From an uncultured Verrucomicrobiales bacterium (lineage in GTDB: Bacteria; Verrucomicrobiota; Verrucomicrobiia; Verrucomicrobiales; DEV007): a stretch of 34,568 nucleotides of DNA. Location: contig CALKOM010000178.1 of NCBI GenBank assembly GCA_938091905.1, forward strand, positions 1-34,568, read 5' to 3'. The notes below the pieces were generated by a model. It worked only from the letters and a program-made list of their open reading frames with translations, had not been told where the DNA came from and searched no databases. How positions within the stretch are numbered: position 1 is the first letter of the stretch; each line of letters starts with the position of its first letter. Shown one piece after another: positions 9,901 to 18,729 of the stretch. Position numbers and translations under genes: made by a program.

Positions 9901-10242
9901 CTCCTACTCGGCACCGTCGGTCTCGCCGTCGTCACATTCCGTAACATGCTAGAGCGACGCCGAGAACTCGCGCTCATGGAGGCCGTCGGCTTTACCAAAA
10001 AACGCCTCTCAAGGCTCGTCGTCAGTGAGCACTGGTTCCTTCACATCATCGCCGTCGCCCTAGGGGCAATCGCCGCGTTCTTGGCGATCTACCCTGCACT
10101 TGCTGCCTCTGGACAGGAGTTGCCCGTGAAGCTCATTACTACCACACTCGTCCTGATATTTATCGGAGGCTTGTTCTTCTGCTGGTGGGCCGCGCGCACC
10201 GTTTTTAGACAACCGCTGTTAGACTCCTTGCGTCATGAATAG
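6982..10242 (+). CDS. ABC transporter permease, FtsX/MacB-like with duplicated architecture
   Basis: 1086 aa with two FtsX-type motifs (QRESQIGTLRALGF, ERRRELALMEAVGF), large extracytoplasmic domains and TM bundles. Starts 3 bp after the ATPase. Confidence 0.92.
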   Translation: MFPYILKSLRHYWRTHLAVLAGVFVASTVLTGALFVGNSVKASLKQLIEERSGGIQAVLLGNDRFFSQALATKVAASTKATILPVVQVQGTITDETSTTRVNAISVIGVPDTFWSIRGERASIAPGETWINEALAQQLNIKVGDTVIARVEQPGAISRDAPLSGESDAVVPLRLDVSKILTGSEFGNYSIKAEQTAPNNLFLSIGELAKSLDKVDRANLLLVLGDTPLPDLETAIDEAWTTDDTDLALHEREGDWEIVSRRVLVDWRAEEIVREAAPDGNGVFTYLINGIKGGNGEAPYSMVAAVEPGTGPVPEDLKENETVINQWLAEDLGLAPGDEVAMSYNVFSPGRKLEEKSTTFTVHSILPMTDGSMHARWTPDFPGVSEADNCRDWKPGIPVDLEKIRDKDETYWDDYKGTPKAFISLSAGQEAWSNRFGQLTSYRFPKGFDGESFKATLDEKLKPGEFGVHLIDLAQSREQAVTHSLDLGLYLTALSYFIILAAIILTVLLFALGLDQRESQIGTLRALGFTSKFARKAYFIEGGIVALLGSLLGILGGLGYTKAMIGALTSVWKGAIGGLQIVYAPNMASGLMGAYGMFFMAIIAIYFATRRISKHTPLKLMTGASVTQYVQHAASNSRLKQKAFWGMLLAGLLALASLLGGRSQPSAMAQTISFFSGGMLTLVAGLCGSSLLLAGSHRWLAQRRDLVSLGIRNSARKRGRSLSVIVIMAAGVFMVCATNAFRQEATQDADVRASGTGGFRYVGESSLPIYEDLNTPAAKIQYGLDDEGAAFSMIPFRVREGEEASCLNLNQAQRPRLMSVNPKSLADLNAFTFQVGSDWKILSEPLPDGAIPAVMDMNSATYALKVKVGDDILYENELGEILRIRLVGILQNSLLQGSVIISEKNFLNEFPSAGGYRYFLVDAPAETAEKAKAAMTRMLGDWGLSLTSAADRLDAYNNVQNTYLKMFSTLGGLGLLLGTVGLAVVTFRNMLERRRELALMEAVGFTKKRLSRLVVSEHWFLHIIAVALGAIAAFLAIYPALAASGQELPVKLITTTLVLIFIGGLFFCWWAARTVFRQPLLDSLRHE

Positions 10243-10891
10243 ATTCTTCTTCCTTCTCCTCTTCACACCGCTGCTAGCCACGTCTTCATGGGCGGACGAG
10301 TATGTGCAGGACTTTGAGAAAGCCGAGCTCGGTTACCCACCTGATGAACTCATGGTCATTGATGGTGAGTTTGAGGTGATCGAGCACGAAGGCGGAAAGA
10401 TCGTCAAACTACCTGCGGATCCGATCATCGAGTGCGGACTTCTCTTCGGAAAATCTAGTAAGAACGCGATGACGGTCGAAGCCAAGGCCTTCGCCGAGAA
10501 ACGCGGACGCCGCAGCTTTCCGCGTTTCGGCGTCGGCGTGCACGGTGTGTCTGGCTACCGAGTCCGGGTAGTCCCCGCAGCAAAGAAGCTCGAGCTGGTC
10601 CACTTTGAGGAGGTCATCCATAGCGAGCCCTTCGTTTGGAAGAGCGGCGAATGGTGTCACCTAAAACTTAGCCTGACCAACTCCTCAGGAAAGCCACAGG
10701 TAAAAGCTTGGGTCTGGACGGCAGGAGTAGATGCGAAGCAGCCAGATGCTCCCACGCTAACCTACGAAGGAGAAGCCGGCAGTTCCAGCCAAGGCAAGGC
10801 GTCCCTTTGGGGCACCCCCTATTCCGGCAAAGACATGCTCTTTGATGATCTCAAGGTAACTTGGGAACCTTCAAAGCCGAAAGCGGAGTAA
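10235..10891 (+). CDS. Secreted beta-rich hypothetical protein (possibly ConA/lectin-like fold)
   Basis: Signal peptide MNRFFFLLLFTPLLATSSWA, beta-strand pattern ending FDDLKV, and an 8-bp overlap with the permease gene. Confidence 0.75.
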   Translation: MNRFFFLLLFTPLLATSSWADEYVQDFEKAELGYPPDELMVIDGEFEVIEHEGGKIVKLPADPIIECGLLFGKSSKNAMTVEAKAFAEKRGRRSFPRFGVGVHGVSGYRVRVVPAAKKLELVHFEEVIHSEPFVWKSGEWCHLKLSLTNSSGKPQVKAWVWTAGVDAKQPDAPTLTYEGEAGSSSQGKASLWGTPYSGKDMLFDDLKVTWEPSKPKAE

Positions 10892-10894
10892 GCT

Positions 10895-12064
10895 TTACCA
10901 GCCACCCATGGTCTCGTATGCGAAACCACGGAGATACTCGGTCTCTGGTAAGGTCGCGATCACAGGATGATCTGCTCGCTGACTATAGTTAGCTAACCGC
11001 CTGAGGGTACGTTTGGCATCCACAGCCGCGCCACTGATCATCTGGGTAAACGTCTCGTGATTGATGTGGTGCGAACACGAAAAGGTCGCGAGCCGACCGC
11101 CAGGTTGCAGCAGTTTGAGCGCGCGGAGATGGATTTCTTTGTAGCCTCGCAAGGCCCCGCTTAGGCTGCCCTTGTTCTTCGTAAAAGAAGGCGGGTCCAA
11201 GATGATAAGATCAAAGGATGCCTTCTGAGACTCGAGTTCTCGCAAGTGATCAAAGGCATTGGCCTTGACGAAATTCACCTTAAGGTCATTTCGAGTCGCA
11301 TTGATCTGCGCAGCAGCCACCGCACTTGCGCTAATTTCAATCCCGGTCACCTCAGCGGCACCGGCTTGCTTACAAGCGAGGGCGAAACCTCCCTGGTGAG
11401 AGAAGACATCGAGTACACGTAGGTCTTTGCTTAGCTCAGCGACGGCGGCATGGTTGGCTAACTGATCTAAATAGAGGCCCGTCTTCTGCCCTTCTAACAT
11501 GTCCACTTGATAGATTAGGCCACCAATTTGGAGATCAAAGGCTTCGGGCGTCGAACCAAAGAGCAAGCCCTTGACTGACTCCAGCCCTTCCGCACCACGA
11601 ATGGGACTATCGTTACGCTCGGTGATACTCTTCGGTTTAATAACCGATTGAAGGGCCTCCGCGATGGTGGTCTTGCGTTGGTCCATAGCCAAGGTCAGCG
11701 TCTGAAGGACAAGGTGGTCGCCATACCGATCGACGATGACACCAGGCAAGCCATCGCTCTCACTCCAAACGAGTCGAATAGCTTGCATGTCAAGGCCAAG
11801 CGTTTCGCGATGATCCACAGCACGTTGGATACGCCGCTTGAAGAATTCGACATCCAGCTGCTGCTTCTGGCGCGAAAAACGCCGGACAACAATTTGAGAT
11901 TTCGGATTGTAGATGCCCGAACCGAGCGGGCGATCCTTAAAGTCCTTTAAACTGACTATATCTCCAGGCGACGGATCTCCGAAGATCTTCTTGATGTCGC
12001 TGGAGTAGACCCAGTCATGCCCATGATAAATCCGAGCCCGCGGTTTCACGACGACGCCAGCCAT
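10895..12064 (-). CDS. rlmI: RlmI-family SAM-dependent rRNA methyltransferase (23S m5C1962-like)
   Basis: PUA-like N-terminus (GHDWVYSSDI), SESDGLPGVIVDRY, GQKTGLYLDQ, VLDVFSHQGGF, DLIILDPPSF, TFSCS and ETEYL motifs. Confidence 0.85.
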   Translation of the reverse strand: MAGVVVKPRARIYHGHDWVYSSDIKKIFGDPSPGDIVSLKDFKDRPLGSGIYNPKSQIVVRRFSRQKQQLDVEFFKRRIQRAVDHRETLGLDMQAIRLVWSESDGLPGVIVDRYGDHLVLQTLTLAMDQRKTTIAEALQSVIKPKSITERNDSPIRGAEGLESVKGLLFGSTPEAFDLQIGGLIYQVDMLEGQKTGLYLDQLANHAAVAELSKDLRVLDVFSHQGGFALACKQAGAAEVTGIEISASAVAAAQINATRNDLKVNFVKANAFDHLRELESQKASFDLIILDPPSFTKNKGSLSGALRGYKEIHLRALKLLQPGGRLATFSCSHHINHETFTQMISGAAVDAKRTLRRLANYSQRADHPVIATLPETEYLRGFAYETMGGW

Positions 12065-13249
12065 CTACTGAACGAGGGCGGCGGGTTCGAGAGCTGTACT
12101 TGCTGGCGTCTGAGGCTCTGGGTATTCAAAAGTCTTGCCCTTGTAATTTCGCATGAGGATGCGCTCCTCATCGCGATGAATCACATAGTCAGGATTAACC
12201 GGAACTTTCCCTCCACCACCTGGAGCATCGATAACAAACTGCGGAATGGCATAGCCACTGGTGTGACCTCGCAGCCCCTCAATGATTTCAATCCCCTTAC
12301 TAGCTGGAGCCCGCAAATGGGACGATCCTTGAATAAGGTCACATTGATAGAGGTAATAAGGGCGCACTCGGCACATGAGTAGCTTATGGACGAGAACTCG
12401 CATGGTTTCCACATCATCGTTCACCCCACGAAGCAGCACGCTTTGATTTCCCATCGGCACACCGTGATTTGCAAGTCGTTCAAGCCCTTCCTTCACTTCA
12501 ATAGTCAACTCGCGTGGGTGATTCACATGAATACTTAGAAACAGGGGGTGGTACTTCTGTAGCATCTGACAGAATTCAGGCGTGATGCGTTGAGGTAGAA
12601 AAACAGGAACGCGCGAACCAATGCGGAGGAATTCGATGTGAGGAATACTCCTCAAGCGGCTAAGAATCTTCTCCAACTTCTGATCTGAAAAGAGCAATGG
12701 ATCACCACCTGACAGAAGCACATCCCGAATCTCTGTGTGCTCTTCCAGATAGCGGAAGGCAGCTTCAAAATCCGTTTCCAGTTCTTGCTCTCCAGCCCCA
12801 CTAACCACGCGGCTCCGCGTACAGTAACGGCAGTAGGCCGCACAACGATCCGTCACCAGAAAGAGCACGCGATCAGGATACCGATGCACAAGCCCTGGAA
12901 CTGGCATGTGCGAGTCTTCTCCACAAGGATCAGCCATGTCTGTCTCCTCATACAAGGTCTCTTCTATCCGAGGAATGACCTGTCGCCGAATGGGATCTTC
13001 TGGATCGGCCTCATCAATGAGGTTGAAGAAATGCGGGGTGACCGAGAGCGCCAATTTCGTCCCGCTCAAGAGAATCCCACTCCGTTCCTCCTCGCATAAT
13101 GTCAGATGCTCTTCGATCTGAGACAGCGAATTGACACGATTCTTCAGCTGCCAAATATGGTGATCCCAATCCTCAGGTGGATCAGCAGCCCAATAGCCTG
13201 GGGCATGGGAAATAAAGTCTTTGCTGAGATCGTTCTGGTCGTAGCGCAT
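12065..13249 (-). CDS. kamA: KamA-family radical SAM enzyme (lysine 2,3-aminomutase-like)
   Basis: GLVHRYPDRVL, CAAYCRYC (CxxxCxxC), LSGGDPL, NQSVLLRGVND, RPYYLYQCD, and DAPGGGGKVP with the PLP lysine. Confidence 0.9.
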   Translation of the reverse strand: MRYDQNDLSKDFISHAPGYWAADPPEDWDHHIWQLKNRVNSLSQIEEHLTLCEEERSGILLSGTKLALSVTPHFFNLIDEADPEDPIRRQVIPRIEETLYEETDMADPCGEDSHMPVPGLVHRYPDRVLFLVTDRCAAYCRYCTRSRVVSGAGEQELETDFEAAFRYLEEHTEIRDVLLSGGDPLLFSDQKLEKILSRLRSIPHIEFLRIGSRVPVFLPQRITPEFCQMLQKYHPLFLSIHVNHPRELTIEVKEGLERLANHGVPMGNQSVLLRGVNDDVETMRVLVHKLLMCRVRPYYLYQCDLIQGSSHLRAPASKGIEIIEGLRGHTSGYAIPQFVIDAPGGGGKVPVNPDYVIHRDEERILMRNYKGKTFEYPEPQTPASTALEPAALVQ

Positions 13250-13273
13250 AGTGGGTTCTCTGAGGTCTGGCCG

Positions 13274-13340
13274 AGTCTAGGGCGCAGCTCAATGATGTCA
13301 AACCAGCCTCGTTGACAGTTGGGGGCGTCTCCTCCATGTT
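13274..13340. promoter_or_regulatory. Divergent sigma70-type promoters with back-to-back -35 boxes
   Basis: Minus strand: TTGACA (13301-13296), 16 nt, TAGACT (13279-13274), facing the kamA-like gene. Plus strand: TTGACA (13312-13317), 17 nt, CATGTT (13335-13340), facing the HTH gene. Confidence 0.6.
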
Positions 13341-13397
13341 TAGGGTGCCCCCCGGCAACCGCTTAGACTCAACCACGCCGCAAGCCTTTCCAACTAG

Positions 13398-14054
13398 ATG
13401 TTTCTCCGAGAGCTCCGCAAGATCGCTCGCCCCCATTGGTTTGACATCCTCTTCACTATCAAGCGGAGTACCGGCCTTTCCGTGACCGAACTCTCGAAGG
13501 TGATGAAGATGAGCTACATGGGAGTGAAGCAGCACTGTGATGACCTGGAAAAGATCGGCCTGCTCGATACCTGGAGACGACCGCGTGAAGAGGGAAGTAG
13601 TGGGCGCCCAGAGAAGGCCTACCGGCTGACGCCGCGGGCAAATATCTTTTTTCCGAATTTCGACAATGAGTTCACCACCTCGATCCTCGCCGCTGTGAAA
13701 GACGCCTTTGGCGGCAACGCTCCAGAGAAACTCATCATTTCATATCTGAACAACAAAGTTCGGTATTATCAGCATCACATTAAAGGAACCAATCTGCTGG
13801 AACGGGCCACCTCTTTCGCCATTATCCGCAATCGCGAGGGCTTTCTGTGTGTCTGTGAGAACACTCAGGACCCGACCCCGCGAGTCCTGATCGTTGAATA
13901 CCACAATCCTCTAAAAGAAATCTTTGAGAAATACCCTGCGGCACTGCGCATGGAACAAACCATGATGGAACACTCTCTTGGTTGCTCACTCTCCCGCAAA
14001 GAGAAGCAGATTTCCGGTCTCACGAGAACCGTTCTCACTTTGATCGAGAATTAA
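13398..14054 (+). CDS. Winged-HTH transcriptional regulator (ArsR/SufR-like)
   Basis: LSVTELSKVMKMSYMGVKQHCDDLEKIGLL followed by GRPEKAYRLT, the typical wHTH and wing of SufR-like regulators. Confidence 0.85.
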   Translation: MFLRELRKIARPHWFDILFTIKRSTGLSVTELSKVMKMSYMGVKQHCDDLEKIGLLDTWRRPREEGSSGRPEKAYRLTPRANIFFPNFDNEFTTSILAAVKDAFGGNAPEKLIISYLNNKVRYYQHHIKGTNLLERATSFAIIRNREGFLCVCENTQDPTPRVLIVEYHNPLKEIFEKYPAALRMEQTMMEHSLGCSLSRKEKQISGLTRTVLTLIEN

Positions 14055-14060
14055 CCTCGC

Positions 14061-14699
14061 TTAGAATTCGTCCAAATCTGGAAGGCTAAACTCAGCATCT
14101 ATCGGATCGATCGGTTCCCCTGGCTCAGCTTTAGCGACCGGTTGAAAAGAATTCTTCCCGTCGGCGACGATCTTTCCCTCCACGTAAGCAACCACGGCCG
14201 CGATACTCGGAATGAGTCGCTCAGGGAATATGAGCTCAACATGAAGTGGAGTCAGGTCCTGCTCTATCAAACGATCCACTTTATTTCCAAAGTCGACCAG
14301 ATCCACATTCGCCGGTCCCGATGCAAGCTCGATAACAGACAAACTCGCACTGAGCATGACCTTCTGAGAAGCAACATCACTCCGCACATAATCTTTCGCA
14401 TGCTCTTCAATCGCTTTTTCGAGCAACGTTAACTCTTTGAAGACCCCCTTCGAGCACAGCGACTTAGTACGTTTACTAAACAATTTTCTCTCCAGCCAAA
14501 CTGAAACGGCCATGAATTGGTTCGCCAATTCTGCATAGTTGTCGTGGCTTTTCGAAAGAAGGCTTAACCAGGTCAACAAACCATCGTTGAGCTGCCAGAC
14601 AGGCTGTAAAGTTTCGTCGATCGCCTCCTCAAGTTCGCTATGGACCCGCTTCAGTCCGGCAAGTTGTTCAGTGAGAATGTTGGTCCTAGTGGGCGACAT
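14061..14699 (-). CDS. Hypothetical protein
   Basis: 212-aa ORF filling the gap between flanking genes. It looks helical with an acidic C-terminus; no motif recognised. Confidence 0.7.
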   Translation of the reverse strand: MSPTRTNILTEQLAGLKRVHSELEEAIDETLQPVWQLNDGLLTWLSLLSKSHDNYAELANQFMAVSVWLERKLFSKRTKSLCSKGVFKELTLLEKAIEEHAKDYVRSDVASQKVMLSASLSVIELASGPANVDLVDFGNKVDRLIEQDLTPLHVELIFPERLIPSIAAVVAYVEGKIVADGKNSFQPVAKAEPGEPIDPIDAEFSLPDLDEF

Positions 14700-14774
14700 G
14701 ACTATCTAGATTTCGACAGGCACGCTTCTTATCACACATCGGCTACTTATACAAGCCTATGGAGCAGCGTCATT

Positions 14775-16682
14775 TCAAAGCTGAGCATCAGACCACGCAC
14801 TCCACACTTGGTCCACCGATACCTCAGAGATGCCCATGCCGCCCATGCGCGGACACCCTTCCGGCTGCACCACTTGAGCTGTCCCCTCGAAAACAGGCCC
14901 TGTTCTGATTGGATTGGTTGGGCCAAAGATGGCGAAGATTGGCACACCTAGCATATTCGCTAAATGCATCCCGCCGGTATCGTTGCAAAAGACACCTCGC
15001 CTAGCCGTCAAATGATCAAGAAACTCGGCTAGATCCGTTTCCCCAGCCAGATTCAAGACCCTGTCCGAGTCAAACTCTGCGCCCACCTGATCCGTAATCC
15101 TTCTGTCTAGCGGGGTGCCATAGAGATAGATAATCTCATCGGTCTCTTTGAGAATGCGTTCGATCAAGGCCCGCCAGTGCTCGACAGGCCACCGCTTCTC
15201 CGGATTGTTCTCCGTGCCACAAATCAGACCAATCCCTCCAACGCAGGTTTCACGAGAAAGTGGTTTCCTGTCGAGATCTCCTAGCAATCCATAGGATCGG
15301 AACATCTGCTCCCATACATCGAGCTGGTGGCACTGGGCCTCGTCTAGCCCAACCGGAAGAGGCCAAGGTTTCGTAAGAAGTGAACGACGCTTACCTGGTC
15401 GCACCATGCCCAACCGAACTGGTGATCCCGCCAGAAAAGCTTCGATATCGCCACGGGTGGAGTTCGTGAAACAGAGGTAACAGTCTGGATATTCATGCCT
15501 CCACCGGGCCACCTCTCGGAAGTAGCTCCAGGACGAGAGTTTCTTGCGTGGGAGATCGATCAGTCTATCCGCAACGTCAATTCTTTCTAGCAAAGGTCGC
15601 ATCCCAGACGACGCAATGAGCGTGATCTCTGCATCTGGCCGTGCTTCTCTCACCGCACGAATGAGAGGCAACGCCATAACGACATCACCTAACCAATTCG
15701 GCAGCCGAAACCACAGTCGGTTCCGCTTTGACCACTCGGAGTGGCCTTGGAACTCAATGCTCTCGTCCAAGTATCGACCAGTCTCACGAAGCTGAAAGCG
15801 CTGCCGGGGTTTGCCATGGGTAGACCAACGATTGTGAAACCAAAGCCAGTCTGCCACTTGCTCAGGTGCCCCATCCAGGTAGGCCTCGAGTCGCGCATGG
15901 CTGGTAAGCATGACAGCCTCCGGTGATTCAGACTTAGGAAGCTTTTCAAAGTCGAGTTCTACACGCCAGAAACCAACGCGCCTGGGCATCAGCAAGTAGA
16001 CGGGAACATCAAACTTTTTAGCCAGTAGCCCGGGCAAATGAGTCGCGGAGGCCACGCGCCCCATGAAGTAGATTAAGGTGCCGCTGGAACCTGCATTCTG
16101 ATCGAAGAGGACAGTGAGACACTTACCATCTCTAACGGCCTTCATGATAGGACGCATTCCCTCCTTTCGCGAAAGCATGCGCAATCCCCAGCGTTCGCGC
16201 GTCGATTTCACCCAGTCGCTGATTGCCGGTTGCTTCAATGGGCGAAAGATCGATGGATGACCGACAGCTTCCGGAATCAACGCAGGAACGGCCCCAGTCA
16301 TCTCGAAATAGGTCATATGCGGCATCAGATTGATGCCACCTCCCATCGCTCCGGACCGCAATCGTTCACGCACATCGTCCGTCATCGTCAGATTCTCTTC
16401 AAACCAACGACGTGACAAGAACGGTGAAGCGAGCGCAAACGTTGCCATTTCAATCAGATAGACACTGGTCAATTTGCCGACACGAGCACGCCAGTCAGAG
16501 TCTTTGTCGGGAAAAGCATGGTGTAAGTTAGAGCGCATGGCACGCATTCGCGCGATCGGCAGCTTATAGATCGCCCGTCCGATCATCTGCGCAAAGCACG
16601 CAACAAAGCTCATGGGCATCGAGGCAAGAACGAGGCCGATGAGTTTGATGAAAAGAAGAGCAATCACGGGAAGTTCGTTCAA
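14775..16682 (-). CDS. Fused lipid A late acyltransferase (LpxL/HtrB-like) and GT9 heptosyltransferase (WaaF-like)
   Basis: N-terminal half: NLHHAFP, PHMTYFE (HX4E), LFDQNAG, WLWFHNRW. C-terminal half: RLPNWLGDVVMALP, EKRWP, NLAGET, NDTGGMHLA, IFGPT. Confidence 0.88.
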   Translation of the reverse strand: MNELPVIALLFIKLIGLVLASMPMSFVACFAQMIGRAIYKLPIARMRAMRSNLHHAFPDKDSDWRARVGKLTSVYLIEMATFALASPFLSRRWFEENLTMTDDVRERLRSGAMGGGINLMPHMTYFEMTGAVPALIPEAVGHPSIFRPLKQPAISDWVKSTRERWGLRMLSRKEGMRPIMKAVRDGKCLTVLFDQNAGSSGTLIYFMGRVASATHLPGLLAKKFDVPVYLLMPRRVGFWRVELDFEKLPKSESPEAVMLTSHARLEAYLDGAPEQVADWLWFHNRWSTHGKPRQRFQLRETGRYLDESIEFQGHSEWSKRNRLWFRLPNWLGDVVMALPLIRAVREARPDAEITLIASSGMRPLLERIDVADRLIDLPRKKLSSWSYFREVARWRHEYPDCYLCFTNSTRGDIEAFLAGSPVRLGMVRPGKRRSLLTKPWPLPVGLDEAQCHQLDVWEQMFRSYGLLGDLDRKPLSRETCVGGIGLICGTENNPEKRWPVEHWRALIERILKETDEIIYLYGTPLDRRITDQVGAEFDSDRVLNLAGETDLAEFLDHLTARRGVFCNDTGGMHLANMLGVPIFAIFGPTNPIRTGPVFEGTAQVVQPEGCPRMGGMGISEVSVDQVWSAWSDAQL

Positions 16683-16692
16683 TCACTAGCAC

Positions 16693-17664
16693 CTATACGG
16701 ATATATCCTTGAGCCACTCAGATTCCGATAGATGCCAGCGAACGGCTTCTGCTAGCCCTTCCTCCAAGGACACTTTGGGCTCCCAACCGAGTAGAAGCTT
16801 CGCTTTCTCGATAGAACTTGCCGTTTCACGCATGTCGCCTGCCATTTCTGGCATAAACTCTAGCGTCGCTTCTTTGTCTAACAACACCTCTAACAAACCA
16901 ATCATCTTACGAAGGCTACACGGACGATTCCCACCACCAAGATTGACAATCTCGTAGCCAAGCGGTTTCGCAGCAGCCAACGTTCCGGCAACAATATCAC
17001 TAATGTAGGTAAAATCACGTCTCTGCTCACCGTCGCCGTAAATCTGAATAGGCCGACCTTCAGAGATCCACTTGGTAAAACGAAACGGGCTCATATCTGG
17101 ACGACCCGCGGGCCCATAGACGGTAAAGTACCGCAGGATCGAGAGATCTAGGCTGTGCAGGTGGTGATAAGAGTGAGCAAGCACCTCCATCGATTTCTTG
17201 GAAGCTGCGTATGGCGAAAGCGGCCGGTCTACCGGCTGATCCTCACAGAAAGGCGAAGACTGCCCCGCGTAGAGTGATGAACTCGAAGCGAGCACTGCTT
17301 TCTTCGGACCATGGTAACGCATGGCTTCGAGGACATTCAGCGTACCGATCACATTTGAAGTCTGATAAACGTAAGGGCGGTCCACACTGTAGCGCACGCC
17401 CGCCCGGGCCGCTAGATGATAGACCACATCAACTTTATGTCGTTCCAAATAACGATTCGTATCCTCTGGCTTCTCGATGTCAACGGCATCAAACTGGAAT
17501 CCAGGATGCGCCCTCAGACCATCCAAACGATGCATCTTGAGACGAATGTCGTAGTAGTCATTCAGGCTATCGATCCCGTAGACGCGATGGCCCTGATCTA
17601 AGAGAGCCTGAGAGACGGCCGCGCCGATGAAGCCCGCTGCTCCGGTGACGAGGACACCATTCAT
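16693..17664 (-). CDS. NAD-dependent epimerase/dehydratase (UDP-glucuronate 4-epimerase-like)
   Basis: VTGAAGFIG, HLAARAGVRYS, YAASK, RYFTVYGPAGRPDM and RRDFTYISD motifs. Confidence 0.9.
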   Translation of the reverse strand: MNGVLVTGAAGFIGAAVSQALLDQGHRVYGIDSLNDYYDIRLKMHRLDGLRAHPGFQFDAVDIEKPEDTNRYLERHKVDVVYHLAARAGVRYSVDRPYVYQTSNVIGTLNVLEAMRYHGPKKAVLASSSSLYAGQSSPFCEDQPVDRPLSPYAASKKSMEVLAHSYHHLHSLDLSILRYFTVYGPAGRPDMSPFRFTKWISEGRPIQIYGDGEQRRDFTYISDIVAGTLAAAKPLGYEIVNLGGGNRPCSLRKMIGLLEVLLDKEATLEFMPEMAGDMRETASSIEKAKLLLGWEPKVSLEEGLAEAVRWHLSESEWLKDISV

Positions 17665-17677
17665 AGAACACCCCTAA

Positions 17678-18640
17678 CTACAGCCCCATCGCGTGCCGCA
17701 CACGCCCGAGCACACCCGTTGCCAGTTCGCGAGCCCTCTCCGCGCCCTGCTTGAGAACTTCATCTACATGGTCACGATTGGCCAATAGTTCCTCTCTCCG
17801 CGCACGCATGGGAGCAAAGTATTCCCAGTATGCCTCCCATAAGCGCTTCTTGAAGTCACCGTACCCCACACCACCATTACGAAAGTCGTTTGCCATCGCT
17901 TCGACCTCGGACTCATTGGCGAACAATTGATAGAGTTCGTAGATAATCGAAGCCTCAGGATCCTTGGGATGGTCCACTTCGACAGAATCCGTCTTGATCT
18001 TCATGATCTTCTTCCGCAGCTGTTTCTCGGCACCAAAGATGTCTATCGTATTGCCATAGCTCTTGCTCATCTTCTGACCATCAAGACCTGTCACTTTCGC
18101 CATAGACTCTCGAATCTGTGGTTTGGGCAGCTTGAGCAAGCCTTCCCCAAAGATCTCGTTCATCTTGATCGCAATGTCCCGAGTGACCTCGACATGCTGC
18201 TTCTGATCCTTCCCTACGGGCACGATATCACTGTCATAGATCAAGATATCCGCAGCCATCAGCACCGGGTAAGCGAAAAGCCCATGTGATGGTGTGATCC
18301 CCTTATCGACCTTATCCTTGTAAGAGTGACAGCGCTGCAGCAGCCCCATCGGCGTAACCGTACTCAGTAACCACGAAAGCTCGGTGACCTCGGGTACGGC
18401 AGAGTGCCGGAAGAAGACGGACTTCACAGGATCTAGTCCGCAGGCCAAGAAATCGAGGGCGGCTTCGAAGCAATTCTGCCGCAAGGTCTCCCCATCCTGC
18501 ACCGTCGTGAGTGCGTGGTAGTCCGCGATGAAGTAGTAGGCCTCACCCTCGTCTTGAAGACGAATGGAAGGTTCCATCATGCCGAAGTAATTCCCGATGT
18601 GAAAGGCTCCACTCGGCTGAATGCCAGATAGTATCCGCAT
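17678..18640 (-). CDS. trpS: Tryptophan--tRNA ligase
   Basis: SGIQPSG, HIGN, ADYHALT, YPVLMAADIL, VPVGKDQKQH and KMSKS motifs. Confidence 0.97.
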   Translation of the reverse strand: MRILSGIQPSGAFHIGNYFGMMEPSIRLQDEGEAYYFIADYHALTTVQDGETLRQNCFEAALDFLACGLDPVKSVFFRHSAVPEVTELSWLLSTVTPMGLLQRCHSYKDKVDKGITPSHGLFAYPVLMAADILIYDSDIVPVGKDQKQHVEVTRDIAIKMNEIFGEGLLKLPKPQIRESMAKVTGLDGQKMSKSYGNTIDIFGAEKQLRKKIMKIKTDSVEVDHPKDPEASIIYELYQLFANESEVEAMANDFRNGGVGYGDFKKRLWEAYWEYFAPMRARREELLANRDHVDEVLKQGAERARELATGVLGRVRHAMGL

Positions 18641-18729
18641 GGCCGCTACTTAGAGGGCAACCGGGTGCCAGGAAAGTTAAAAAACAGGTCGAGCTTGATC
18701 TCGGCGTCAGAGACGCCCAATAAGAGCAC

